Positions 37,443-47,132 of a stretch of 64,000 nucleotides of DNA are shown piece by piece (the stretch's first letter is position 1; each line of letters opens with the position of its first letter). Location: NCBI GenBank assembly GCA_051251915.1, contig JBPOGF010000004.1, forward strand, positions 128,001-192,000. The letters are read 5' to 3'. The position numbers were made by a program, and so were the translations under genes. The DNA is from Akkermansiaceae bacterium. GTDB taxonomy: Bacteria; Verrucomicrobiota; Verrucomicrobiia; Verrucomicrobiales; Akkermansiaceae. Below the pieces are notes generated by a model. That model was not told the DNA's origin. It saw only the letters and a program-made list of their open reading frames with translations, and did not search any database.

Positions 37443-37641
37443 GTGTTCTTTTCGCTAGGGTTTTGGGTTCTGAATTGGTAGTAGTTCTTTTACTGTTTGG
37501 CGTATTTCAGTGTTTGTACTTTTTTTACATGCTGCCAAATGGTGTGAAATGACACAATTGATGTTTTTACAATCTGCTCTCATACTTCAAGAATGTCGTA
37601 GTCAAAATAGATAATAACTAACCAAACGAGGATCAATTATA

Positions 37642-38613
37642 ATGAATAAAATATCAAATAGCATGGTGGATACAGTGGGTAATACTCCACTCATCAAACT
37701 TAATAAATTAACTGAAGGCGTAGGTGCAAACATTTATGTCAAAGCTGAATTCTTCAACCCGCTTTTCAGTGTGAAAGACCGTATCGGTAAGGCAATGATC
37801 GAGGATGCTGAGAGGAGCGGTAAGCTCAAGCCGGGTGGTTGCATCATAGAGCCTACTTCAGGGAATACGGGGATAGGGCTAGCTTTTGTGGCGCGAGCTA
37901 AAGGTTACCGTTGTATTCTTACTATGCCTGAGACGATGTCTATAGAGCGTAGAGTTCTACTTAGAATGTTAGGTGCTGAGCTAGTGTTGACTCCTGGGCC
38001 AAAAGGGATGGGTGGTGCGATAGCTAAGGCGAAACAGTTGATTGAGGAGTTTGGAGATGGTGCGTTTGGGCCACAGCAGTTTGATAATCCGGCTAACCCT
38101 GAGGTGCATAGACAGACTACGGCTGAGGAGATCTGGGAGGCTACAGGCGGTAAGATTGATGCTTTTGTGGCTGGTGTGGGCACAGGAGGAACCATCACTG
38201 GTGTTTCTGAGGTGCTGAAGCAGAGATGCGATATGAAGACATATGCTGTAGAGCCTATGAATAGTCCTGTGATTGGTGGTGGAAGCCCGGGGCCTCACAA
38301 GATTCAAGGAATAGGAGCAGGCTTTATACCGAAGAACTGCAATGTGGATATTATTGATGATACGATCAAGGTTACTGATGAAGATGCGTTCACGACAGCT
38401 AGACTTCTTGCTCAAGAAGAGGGGCTACCTGGTGGGATTTCTACCGGTGCTAATGTGTGGGCTGCAATTGAGTTAGGTAAGCGACCTGAGTATGCTGGTA
38501 AAACGATCGTTACTATTGCGGCGTCATCTACTGAGAGATATCTTTCTACTCCGCTTGCTGAGTCAGTGAGAGAAGAAGTGGCGCAGCTGCCTGTTTCTGA
38601 GATTCTTGATTAA
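37642..38613 (+). CDS. cysK: Cysteine synthase A
   Basis: FNPLFSVKDRI (PLP lysine), PTSGNTG, GVGTGGT, PHKIQGIG. Confidence 0.95.
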   Translation: MNKISNSMVDTVGNTPLIKLNKLTEGVGANIYVKAEFFNPLFSVKDRIGKAMIEDAERSGKLKPGGCIIEPTSGNTGIGLAFVARAKGYRCILTMPETMSIERRVLLRMLGAELVLTPGPKGMGGAIAKAKQLIEEFGDGAFGPQQFDNPANPEVHRQTTAEEIWEATGGKIDAFVAGVGTGGTITGVSEVLKQRCDMKTYAVEPMNSPVIGGGSPGPHKIQGIGAGFIPKNCNVDIIDDTIKVTDEDAFTTARLLAQEEGLPGGISTGANVWAAIELGKRPEYAGKTIVTIAASSTERYLSTPLAESVREEVAQLPVSEILD

Positions 38614-38644
38614 ATCTTAATAGGATATCACTAAATCATTTAAT

Positions 38645-38684
38645 AAAGACGCCACTACGCAGATTGCGGGGTGGCGTTTTTTTT
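38645..38684 (+). terminator. Intrinsic terminator (possibly bidirectional)
   Basis: acgccactacgca-gat-tgcggggtggcgt stem with a T-run, between convergent genes. Confidence 0.8.
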
Positions 38685-38734
38685 AGGGGTATTGTGGAGA
38701 GTTTGTCTTTTATTTGCTTCGCTACTTGGTGTTC

Positions 38735-40165
38735 TTATTTTTTCTTCTCCTTGTTTAAGTTCCAGACTGGGTGTGGGGAGTGTTCTTTTTTCATGATTTC
38801 TTCCATTTGTTTGACTAGTCTTGGGTTTCTGGATGCTATGTTGTGTTGCTCGCCGATGTCATTTTTCAGGTCATAGATTTCCATTTTTCCGTTCCAGCCA
38901 CCGAGTCTGTAGCCTTTCCAGTCGCCGATGCGGACTGATTGTTGCTTGCCTCTTTCGTAGAATTCGAAGTAGAGGTATTCGCGCTTGGTTTGGTTTCGTG
39001 CGTTGCCACGGAGGGTGGGCATGATGGAGATGCCGTCCATTTCCTCGGTGATGGGTTTGCCGCCTGCGTCAGCGAGGGTAGGCATGAGGTCCCATTGTGC
39101 TGTCTGGAGTTTTGATTTGGTTCCGGGTTTGATGACTCCTGGCCAGTAGGCGATGAGTGGCACGCGGATTCCGCCTTCGTAGAGTGAGCGTTTCATCATG
39201 CGGAATGGGCCGTTGCCGTCGAAGGTTTTGGTTCGCTTGTAGTAGCTGTCTTCATCGCCATTGTCGGAAGTCCAGATGATGATGGTGTTTTTTTCTAGTC
39301 CTAGGTCGTGTACTGTTTTTCTGATGCGTCCCAAGTTGCGATCATGTCTGGTTAGTAGTGCGCAGTAGACTTGCTCATAGATGGTGAGGCCTTTGACTTT
39401 ATCATAGCCTTCGAGGGATGGGACTCTCATTCCTCCTGGAGGGCCACCGTGGGGGACCGTACTGGCGAAGTAGATGAAGAAGGGGTCTGACTTGTTTTCT
39501 TTTATGAATTCAATGATTTTTTCGGTGTAGAGGTCTTCGATGAATGTGCCTTTACCTACGCCTACGACTCCTGTGCCTACGACTTTATCGCGTAGTGAGG
39601 TTCCTTTGAGTGTCTGCGGGTTGTTTTCTGAGAGTTTTATTTTTTTTCCATTTTCCCAAATGTATGAGGAGTAGAAGTCTCTGCAATCGACGTGCCCTAG
39701 AAAGCCTAGCCAATAGTCCCAGCCTGTGTTGGTGATTTCTTCTGGGGTGTTAGTGCCCCCGTGAGAGATTTTTCCGAACGCGGCTGTTTTGTAGCCTGCG
39801 TCTCGGGCTACTGTGCCTAGGAGGGGGTATTTAGGTGGCCAGATATCTGAAGGCATCTTGGCGAGGTTTGCACGCCAAACTGCATTTCCGGGGTGTTTAC
39901 CAGAGACTAGCGAGCATCTTGAGGGGCCGCAGACGGCGTTGCCTGAGTAGGCCTCGGTGAAGAGCATTCCGTCTGCTTTGAGTTTGTCTAGGTGTGGAGT
40001 TTTGATGATTCGCTCGCTTGAGGAATCCATTTTCATGAAGGGGGCTTTTCCGATGCCCCAGTCATCAGTGTTGATGTAGATGATGTTAGGCTGTTTGGGT
40101 GCGGCTGATAAGATACTGGCGGAAGTGATCAGGCCTAGTAGGAAAATAGATAGTTTCTGTTTCAT
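38735..40165 (-). CDS. Sulfatase (Cys-type)
   Basis: PNIIYINTDDWG, CGPSRCSLVSGK, SDNG, YEGGIRVP. Confidence 0.92.
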   Translation of the reverse strand: MKQKLSIFLLGLITSASILSAAPKQPNIIYINTDDWGIGKAPFMKMDSSSERIIKTPHLDKLKADGMLFTEAYSGNAVCGPSRCSLVSGKHPGNAVWRANLAKMPSDIWPPKYPLLGTVARDAGYKTAAFGKISHGGTNTPEEITNTGWDYWLGFLGHVDCRDFYSSYIWENGKKIKLSENNPQTLKGTSLRDKVVGTGVVGVGKGTFIEDLYTEKIIEFIKENKSDPFFIYFASTVPHGGPPGGMRVPSLEGYDKVKGLTIYEQVYCALLTRHDRNLGRIRKTVHDLGLEKNTIIIWTSDNGDEDSYYKRTKTFDGNGPFRMMKRSLYEGGIRVPLIAYWPGVIKPGTKSKLQTAQWDLMPTLADAGGKPITEEMDGISIMPTLRGNARNQTKREYLYFEFYERGKQQSVRIGDWKGYRLGGWNGKMEIYDLKNDIGEQHNIASRNPRLVKQMEEIMKKEHSPHPVWNLNKEKKK

Positions 40166-40367
40166 GAAGGGTGATATCCTAAATACTGTGGATAATAGAG
40201 CAATTTATTTTCTCCGCAGGTGAAATAGGCTTTTTTAAAGGTAATAATCCCATTGGCTGCCTGATGATTTTGGCTACCAATGGGATTTGGAAATTACGTT
40301 GAGCTATTTCGATTTTGATGAAGAGCTACTGCGCGGTGCGATCCGTGGAGGCTATCATCTTTCTTGG

Positions 40368-41072
40368 TCAGTCATTGCTTGTAATGGTAGTGAGTTCAGC
40401 TTTTGCTGATGGGCCTGCTTTTATAATGTGGCAATTGATTTCCTCGTAATCTGCATATTTGAATTGCTGGGCGAGGATGATGTTGTCCTGGTGGGCAAGT
40501 GTGCTAACGACACAAGTTTTTGAGGCGCTATCCTTATTTGTGCTAGCAGCTAGCTTTTTATATTTATTGATAACGTGGGTGAAGCCTCTGAGTGTTTTTG
40601 TTGGGTCATTGAGGTCTGTTGTTATTATATCTGCGCCTTTGATTCCTTTGGATTTGAGGTGTTCAGTGAGGATCAAGTTCGTGATTTGTGAGTGAATAGA
40701 CTCGGTTCCGACTAGTTGGAACTTGGCGTAGCCTTTGTCGAGCAGGTTGTCGATAGCTGCTATGGATTCCTTAATGACGGCTTCTTCTATGTAGGAATTA
40801 CTCGGTGTTGTTTCAGTGAATACTGGCTTCACAGGGGAGACTTGCTGGGGGGCTGTGGCGTCGAGTTGCTTAGGGGTGGCGATGCCGGTCGTGGTGGCAT
40901 TTGGCGCCTTAGCTAGTTTTACCGAGGTTTGGTGATGGAGAGCTTTGTCCTCACTGCTATACTTTGCAGTGGCTGTATCATTACTCGCTGATAGTGAATT
41001 GACTGTTAGGCTGAATGCGAGAGCTAAAATGGAGCTCGTTACTGGTGTTTTGTGTCTGATGATTGTTTTCAT
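40368..41072 (-). CDS. Hypothetical exported protein
   Basis: 234-aa ORF with a signal-peptide-like N-terminus; no recognised motif. Confidence 0.65.
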   Translation of the reverse strand: MKTIIRHKTPVTSSILALAFSLTVNSLSASNDTATAKYSSEDKALHHQTSVKLAKAPNATTTGIATPKQLDATAPQQVSPVKPVFTETTPSNSYIEEAVIKESIAAIDNLLDKGYAKFQLVGTESIHSQITNLILTEHLKSKGIKGADIITTDLNDPTKTLRGFTHVINKYKKLAASTNKDSASKTCVVSTLAHQDNIILAQQFKYADYEEINCHIIKAGPSAKAELTTITSND

Positions 41073-41533
41073 AAGATACTTCGGTGGTTTAGTTTTGGGA
41101 TGGATTGGTTATGTTTTGATGTGGTAGTATAGTTATCATGATGCCTATTATTTTTTTCCAATGTTTTAGGTGATGTATACTGGTTAGACATTAACAATGT
41201 TGTTACGACAATGACTACAACTTTTGAAGAGCGCTTGTCGTGACAAGGGGTTGTGTATTAATAAATAGTGTTGTGTTGTGTTGGTGAGGTGTTGGCAATA
41301 TGGTAGTCACACCACACACTAATGTGACTACCATTGTTATACCATGGAGTGGTAATTATTTTACTGCCAAACTTAGATCTAACTTTGTAGTGCGGGACTC
41401 AATGGTTATGACGGCTATGTCTTGAATCCTGTGCTATCATCATTAGATATTATCTACTTAATTTTTATAGAGCATTTGGTGTGCCAAGAGCATTTGGGAA
41501 ATGATGCATAATTTTCATTAAAATAAATTGACT

Positions 41534-41554
41534 TAATGCAAATTAGTTGCATTA
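41534..41554 (+). promoter_or_regulatory. Putative Zur-type operator
   Basis: Perfect palindrome TAATGCAA-N5-TTGCATTA between TTGACT (-35) and the ATG of a His-rich outer-membrane protein. Confidence 0.6.
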
Positions 41555-41562
41555 GTGACTGC

Positions 41563-42852
41563 ATGAAGTTTACAAATAAATCGATTTCAGCTGTTGTTCT
41601 ATTTCATTGCTCTGCTGCGGCACTGTCTGCTGCGCCAGATTTCTCATTAAGTATCCATGGTAATGCGACCGCGGGTGTGTCTGACCGAGGTCATGAGCAC
41701 ACGCAGACGCATGGACACGATCCTAATGATGATTTTAATTTGCAGGGGATAGAAGTGGGCTTGAGTGTTCAAGTTAATGAATACTTAGAGGGTTTTATCA
41801 ATGCGAACATTTACCAGACGGAGGATGATAGCCTAGATAGTGAGTGGGAGGAAGGATTCTTGAAATTTATAAACTTACCTCTGGATACTGAGGTAAGAGC
41901 GGGTCGCTATCTGAATAGAATAGGTAGTGAGAATAATGTCCATTTGCATGGCTGGGATTACGCTACGGCGAGTTTGTCTACTGGGTTGTTTCTCGGTGAA
42001 GATGGTCTTAGGACTGAGGGGGCTGAGGTGAGCTGGATAAAAGATTATAGTGCTGGGGAGTTGGCTATCAGTGCGAGTTTCGGTGATGCTGTGGTTCATT
42101 CACATGATCATGGAGATGAAGATGATCACGATGACCACGATGACCACGATGACCACGATGATCACGATGATCACGATGATCACGATGATCACGATGATGA
42201 CCATGATGATGAACATGATGATGAACATGATGATGAACATGATGATGAACATGATGATGAACATGATGATGAACATGATGACCATGGTCATAGTGAAGGC
42301 CAGGAGATGGCTTACTTTAGAAATAATCTAGTGACTGTTCGATCACAGGTTAAGTATAATAGGACTGATTTTCATCAGCATGTGATGGGGGTAAGTTTTG
42401 CGCATGGCACGAATGGTTATGGGCGCGATACTGATTTGCTAGGTACTGACTATACTTATACTTGGAGAGAGAATGGTATAGAAAAAGGCGGGAGAGCTAT
42501 TACTGCTGGTGTGGAGTATTTTTATAGAAGTGTGGAGTGGCAGGATGAGGATGATGCATCTCACATTGGTGATTCATCTCAGCAGTCACTAGCTGTGAAG
42601 ACTTCTTATGAGTGGAATGAGAACTGGAAGCTATCAGCAAGGTATGAGTGGATAGATGGTGTTCATGGTGAGGTGTTCGAGATGGATGCTCGTGAGCGTG
42701 CTTCATTGGCGCTAACTCATACTAGGGAGCTGAGTGAAGACTGGGCTGCGATGGCTAGAGTTCAGTATAACCATGATAAGGTGGATGATGAGCGCTCTAA
42801 TAACCTCTACCTCCAGCTGGGCTTCAGCTTTGGAGGAGGCGAGGTACGATAG
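41563..42852 (+). CDS. His/Asp-rich outer-membrane beta-barrel, putative Zn/metal uptake receptor
   Basis: Signal peptide, HGHDP, NNVHLHGW, His-rich loop, C-terminal YLQLGFSFG. Confidence 0.75.
   Translation: MKFTNKSISAVVLFHCSAAALSAAPDFSLSIHGNATAGVSDRGHEHTQTHGHDPNDDFNLQGIEVGLSVQVNEYLEGFINANIYQTEDDSLDSEWEEGFLKFINLPLDTEVRAGRYLNRIGSENNVHLHGWDYATASLSTGLFLGEDGLRTEGAEVSWIKDYSAGELAISASFGDAVVHSHDHGDEDDHDDHDDHDDHDDHDDHDDHDDHDDDHDDEHDDEHDDEHDDEHDDEHDDEHDDHGHSEGQEMAYFRNNLVTVRSQVKYNRTDFHQHVMGVSFAHGTNGYGRDTDLLGTDYTYTWRENGIEKGGRAITAGVEYFYRSVEWQDEDDASHIGDSSQQSLAVKTSYEWNENWKLSARYEWIDGVHGEVFEMDARERASLALTHTRELSEDWAAMARVQYNHDKVDDERSNNLYLQLGFSFGGGEVR
42121..42285 (+). repeat. Compound tandem repeat: (GATGAYCAC)x8 plus (GATGATGAACAT)x6
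   Basis: Encodes (DDH)8-DDDH-(DDEH)6. Confidence 0.95.
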
Positions 42853-42887
42853 TTTGATTGTACGTGTGTTGTTTCTGGGTCGACAGA

Positions 42888-43781
42888 TTACTGTCGGCTC
42901 AGGAATGTAAGTTCAGATACGGCAGATTTGTCGAGTTGGCCTTTGCCGATCTCGGTGAGTTTGTCGTATTGTGCTTTAGTTGCGTCGTTTAGTGGTAGTT
43001 TGAGGCCGACTTTGTCAGCTAGGTCTTTGGCTAGGCCGCTGTCTTTAGCTGCGTGTTCTGCCATGAACCAGGCTTCGTGGTCGCGGTTGACCATGTCTTC
43101 GCTGTCGGTCTCTAGCACGCGGCTATTTGCACCTGTTTGTGAGAAGACGTCGATGATCATGTTGAGGTCAAGTCCTAGGGCATCTGCTAGTCCGAGTCCT
43201 TCTGCGAGTGCTGCGGTGTTGATGTTCATTACCATGTTGACGAGGGCTTTGACTTGGGATGCTTTGCCTATTTCTCCGGTGTGGGAGAGGTTGACGCTCA
43301 TTTGATCTAGTATGGGTTTTAGCTTGAGGAAGGTTTCTTTTTCTCCGCCGATGATGAGGAAGAGTGATCCATCGCGGGCCTGACTGATGCTGGATGCCAT
43401 GGCTCCTTCTAGGGTGGCGGCGCCTGCTGCTTTGGCTGCGGTGTCGATGTCTTTTTGGACTTGATCTGAGACTGTGGCGCAGTTTACGAAGGTGGTTCCT
43501 GCTGATCCTTGAAGGAGGTTGTCGTCGTTTTGGAGATAGATGTTTCTCATGGCGGCGTCATTGCTGACTACGGTGAAGACGACGTCTGCTAGGGATGTGA
43601 GTTCGGAGAGGCTTTGGCAGTGTTTTGCGCCTAGTTCTTCTGCGAGTTTTGCTGCAGCGGTGGAATCGACATCGTTGATGGCGGTGATTTGGTATCCGCG
43701 GTCTTTTAAGTTACGAGCCATGTTGGCGCCCATGCGGCCAACTCCTACAAATGCTATTCTTTCGTTTTTCATGATTTGCAC
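42888..43781 (-). CDS. NAD(P)-dependent oxidoreductase, beta-hydroxyacid dehydrogenase family
   Basis: IAFVGVGRMGANMARNL, KALVNM, AAKDSGLA. Confidence 0.88.
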   Translation of the reverse strand: MQIMKNERIAFVGVGRMGANMARNLKDRGYQITAINDVDSTAAAKLAEELGAKHCQSLSELTSLADVVFTVVSNDAAMRNIYLQNDDNLLQGSAGTTFVNCATVSDQVQKDIDTAAKAAGAATLEGAMASSISQARDGSLFLIIGGEKETFLKLKPILDQMSVNLSHTGEIGKASQVKALVNMVMNINTAALAEGLGLADALGLDLNMIIDVFSQTGANSRVLETDSEDMVNRDHEAWFMAEHAAKDSGLAKDLADKVGLKLPLNDATKAQYDKLTEIGKGQLDKSAVSELTFLSRQ

Positions 43782-43965
43782 GAATATAGCTCTATAGCGG
43801 ATTATGTCTATTTGATAGTTGAGACAAAGCGAGGGAGTGGGGCTATTCGGTTGGAGGTGTGGATCTTAGCGGGATTTTGATGAGAAATTGAATAAGATGG
43901 ATTTATGGCTGGTCAAGAGGTGGAATAAAAGTTAAAGAAAAGTTAATAAAAACGTATTACCCAAC

Positions 43966-45501
43966 ATGATCAGCTACCAAAGAGAACAACAACAGACCAT
44001 CCCAGATTCAGAAGTAATTATTGTAGGAGTAGGGGGTGCTGGTGCTAATATGATAGATAGGGTGGCTCTTGATGGGATGGAAGATGCCCAGCAGTTGGCT
44101 CTGAATACAGATTCCCGCACGCTTTCTAGCACGGTGGCGAAAAATAAAATCCAGATGGGAACTAAGCTTACGCGTGGGCTTGGCTGTGGTGGTGATCCAG
44201 ATCTTGGCTTGCAAGCAGCGATGGAGGTGGAGACTGAGATCCGTGATGCACTGCGTGGGCACAAGATGGTATTTGTCTGTGTGGGACTCGGTGGAGGAAC
44301 AGGTTCTGGGGCGGCTCCGTTGGTGACTAGGATTGCCCGTGAGTTAGGGGCGTTTGTGGTGGTTTTTGCGACGATGCCATTTAGTTTTGAAGGGAAGAGG
44401 AGGCGTGAGCAGTCTGAGACGGCGTTAAATGAGCTGAGTGTTTTGGCTAATGCGTTGGTGACATTTGATAATGGTAGGATGGGTGAGCTTGTGCTGGCAG
44501 CACAGGGGATTCATGAGGCGTTTTCTGCTGCTGATAGAATGATAAGTGAGAGTATCCGTGCGGTTACGCGTCTTGTGATTCGACCAGGCTTGATCAATGT
44601 GGGGCTTGATGATCTGATGAGTTCGCTTCGTGCTACTCGATCACGTTGTTTGTTTGGCTCGGGGATTGCTCGTGGTGAAAATCGCTCTAAAGCGGCACTT
44701 AAGAGTGCGCTTAATAGTCCGTTGTTAGATAAGGGCAGACTTCTTAAAAATACTCAGACTGCGTTGGTGCATGTTTGTGGTGGTAGTGAAATGACACTTT
44801 ATGAGGTGGAGTTACTGATGCGCGATCTTTCTAAGACGGTTCCGGATTCGGCGCATATCTTATTTGGTGCGGCGGTGGATGATAGTATGGGTGATAGCTT
44901 GAGTGTGACGATTATCAGTTCTCTTCCGGAGGAGCATGTCATTGTGAACGATGATGATGGAGAAAGGACTGATGCGGCTACGGAGGCGACTATGGCAGCT
45001 GCGGTGGCTATTCCTGAGCCAACTCCCAGGGCAGTGGTAGCGGAGATTGAGATTGAAGTTGAGGAAGAGGTAGAGGAGATTGAAGAAGAGCCAGAACCAG
45101 AGGTTGAGGCTGTAGTCGAGGTAGAGGAAGAAAATTTACAGGTAGAGGAAGTAGAGGAGGAAGCTCATGCCCCGGAAGTTAAGATTGTTGATGAAGATCC
45201 AGTTGAAGAAGCGGAGGAGCCTGACGAGGACGAAGAAGAGTTTGAAGAAGACGAGCCGGAATCTGAAGAAGATGATGACGAAGATCAACCTGAGGAGAAC
45301 GAGGAAGATGAGGAGCCTGAAGTTGTGGCTAAAGAAGAGTCTTCTGGGCCTCCACGTAGGGAGAATAGATCCAAGCCTGCATCGCCACAGGGTGAACTTT
45401 TATTAGATGGCGGTCCTAGAGGTAAGTTTGAGGGCGAGGCTCCAAATCTTGTGGATGGCGAGGATTTAGATATTCCTGCGTTTTTGAGGAAGAAGAAATA
45501 A
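43966..45501 (+). CDS. ftsZ: Cell division protein FtsZ with a long acidic linker
   Basis: GVGGAGAN, GLGGGTGSGA, PFSFEG, C-terminal DLDIPAFLRKKK. Confidence 0.93.
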   Translation: MISYQREQQQTIPDSEVIIVGVGGAGANMIDRVALDGMEDAQQLALNTDSRTLSSTVAKNKIQMGTKLTRGLGCGGDPDLGLQAAMEVETEIRDALRGHKMVFVCVGLGGGTGSGAAPLVTRIARELGAFVVVFATMPFSFEGKRRREQSETALNELSVLANALVTFDNGRMGELVLAAQGIHEAFSAADRMISESIRAVTRLVIRPGLINVGLDDLMSSLRATRSRCLFGSGIARGENRSKAALKSALNSPLLDKGRLLKNTQTALVHVCGGSEMTLYEVELLMRDLSKTVPDSAHILFGAAVDDSMGDSLSVTIISSLPEEHVIVNDDDGERTDAATEATMAAAVAIPEPTPRAVVAEIEIEVEEEVEEIEEEPEPEVEAVVEVEEENLQVEEVEEEAHAPEVKIVDEDPVEEAEEPDEDEEEFEEDEPESEEDDDEDQPEENEEDEEPEVVAKEESSGPPRRENRSKPASPQGELLLDGGPRGKFEGEAPNLVDGEDLDIPAFLRKKK

Positions 45502-45560
45502 TCGCTTTCAAGACAGGATTGAATCTTGACCTGTAGGCGGTGTGACCGATGCTAGACAGC

Positions 45561-47090
45561 ATGTCCAAAGAAGCCTTATTTCAAGAGATACTCATGGCGC
45601 GTCAGCGTGTGTATGAGGTGGGTGAAGCCACGCCGTTAGAGAAACTACCTATCGGGGATTTGGATATTGAGATTTGGGCGAAGCGTGAAGATTTAGGGCC
45701 GATTAAGGCTTACAAGTGGCGTGGGGCATATAACGCGATGGCGTCTCTGACTGATGAGCAACGTGCTCGTGGGATAGTGGCTGCGTCTGCAGGGAATCAC
45801 GCTCAAGGTGTGGCATTGGCGGCGAAGGCGTTAGGTTGTAAGGCGGAGATTTTTATGCCATTATCGACTCCTGAAGTTAAGCAGAATGAGGTGAAGCGCC
45901 ATGGTGGTGATGCTGTGAATATTGTACTAGTTGGTGATAGCTATGATGATTCTGGTATTGCAGCAAAGAAGCGATGTGATGAACTTGGCGCAGTTTATAT
46001 TCATCCCTATAATGATCTGGCTACTATGGGTGGACAGGGGACTTTGGCTGATGAGATAGTGATGGCTACGAATGAGCCGTTTGATCGTGTTTATATTGCT
46101 ATTGGTGGTGGTGGGTTGGCTTCGTCTGTGGCTTGTTGGTTAGAGAAATTTTGGCCGGATTGTAAGGTGATTGGCGTGGAGGGAGTAGGTCAGGCTTCGA
46201 TGAAAGCGGCTATTGAAAATGGTGGACCTACTGAATTGGAATACCTTGATGTTTTTTGTGATGGGACGGCTGTTAGGAAAGTGGGTGAGAATACTTACCC
46301 CTTCTGTCGAGATCTTTTAGATGAAATTGTGACGGTGACTAACGATGAAGTTTGCCACGCGATTCGTAGACTTTGGGAGAGTATTCGCGCTATTCCTGAG
46401 CCTAGTGGAGCAATGGGGCTGGCGGCTATCATGAAGGATTATGCTTCTGGGAAGATAAAGCCTGGTGAGAAGGTTCTGACGATTATTTGTGGTGCAAATA
46501 TGGATTTTGCTCAGTTGTCTAATATTTCACGAAGAGCGGGTATTGGATCTAAGCATCGCCGTTATCTACGAGTTCCTGTGCCTGAGGGTAAGGGGTCATT
46601 GGTGAATATTTTGGAGCAGCTTCCAGAAGGAGTTAGTATTGTGGATTTACAGTATGGGAAAGTGGGTGATTATGAGCAGTATCCAGTGATGGGGCTTATT
46701 GGTAGTGTGGAGGAGTATGCTCAGTTTGATAAGACTTTGGACGAGCAGGGGATTAAGGCTACGGATGTTTCTACGGAGGAAATCGTTGGTTATAGGATAA
46801 TTAATTACGATCCAGATTTGTTTAAGAATCCGTTGTTTGTGAATATAGAGTTTCCGGAGCGAGCGGGTGCTTTCTTGGCCTTTATGTTGCAGGTGAAGGA
46901 GTATAGTAGTTTGTGTTATTTCAACTATAGTTACTCAGGTGAGCGGGTGGGACGTGCGCTTGTGGGCATGGATTTTGATAGTATTGAAGACCAGCAGACT
47001 TGTTTGAAGCTTATTAATAGTATGGTGGGTGCTAACATCAGGGCGGCGCATTTGGTGGGTGAAGAGACGCTGACTAGGTTGTTGGGTTAG
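45561..47090 (+). CDS. ilvA: Threonine ammonia-lyase with ACT-like regulatory domains
   Basis: KREDL..AYKWRGA, ASAGNHAQG, IGGGGL, FPERAGAF. Confidence 0.9.
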   Translation: MSKEALFQEILMARQRVYEVGEATPLEKLPIGDLDIEIWAKREDLGPIKAYKWRGAYNAMASLTDEQRARGIVAASAGNHAQGVALAAKALGCKAEIFMPLSTPEVKQNEVKRHGGDAVNIVLVGDSYDDSGIAAKKRCDELGAVYIHPYNDLATMGGQGTLADEIVMATNEPFDRVYIAIGGGGLASSVACWLEKFWPDCKVIGVEGVGQASMKAAIENGGPTELEYLDVFCDGTAVRKVGENTYPFCRDLLDEIVTVTNDEVCHAIRRLWESIRAIPEPSGAMGLAAIMKDYASGKIKPGEKVLTIICGANMDFAQLSNISRRAGIGSKHRRYLRVPVPEGKGSLVNILEQLPEGVSIVDLQYGKVGDYEQYPVMGLIGSVEEYAQFDKTLDEQGIKATDVSTEEIVGYRIINYDPDLFKNPLFVNIEFPERAGAFLAFMLQVKEYSSLCYFNYSYSGERVGRALVGMDFDSIEDQQTCLKLINSMVGANIRAAHLVGEETLTRLLG

Positions 47091-47132
47091 AGTGCTCTTA
47101 ATTTGGTGGGAGTTTAAAAAACTCCGGCACAT

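Noticed and set aside
42121..42285. CRISPR array
   Set aside because: Contiguous 9/12-bp coding repeats without spacers; no cas genes. No CRISPR, rRNA or canonical tRNA was recognised anywhere in the window.
42050..42331. Met/Ile-rich ORFs on alternative frames
   Set aside because: Shadows of the His/Asp tandem repeat.
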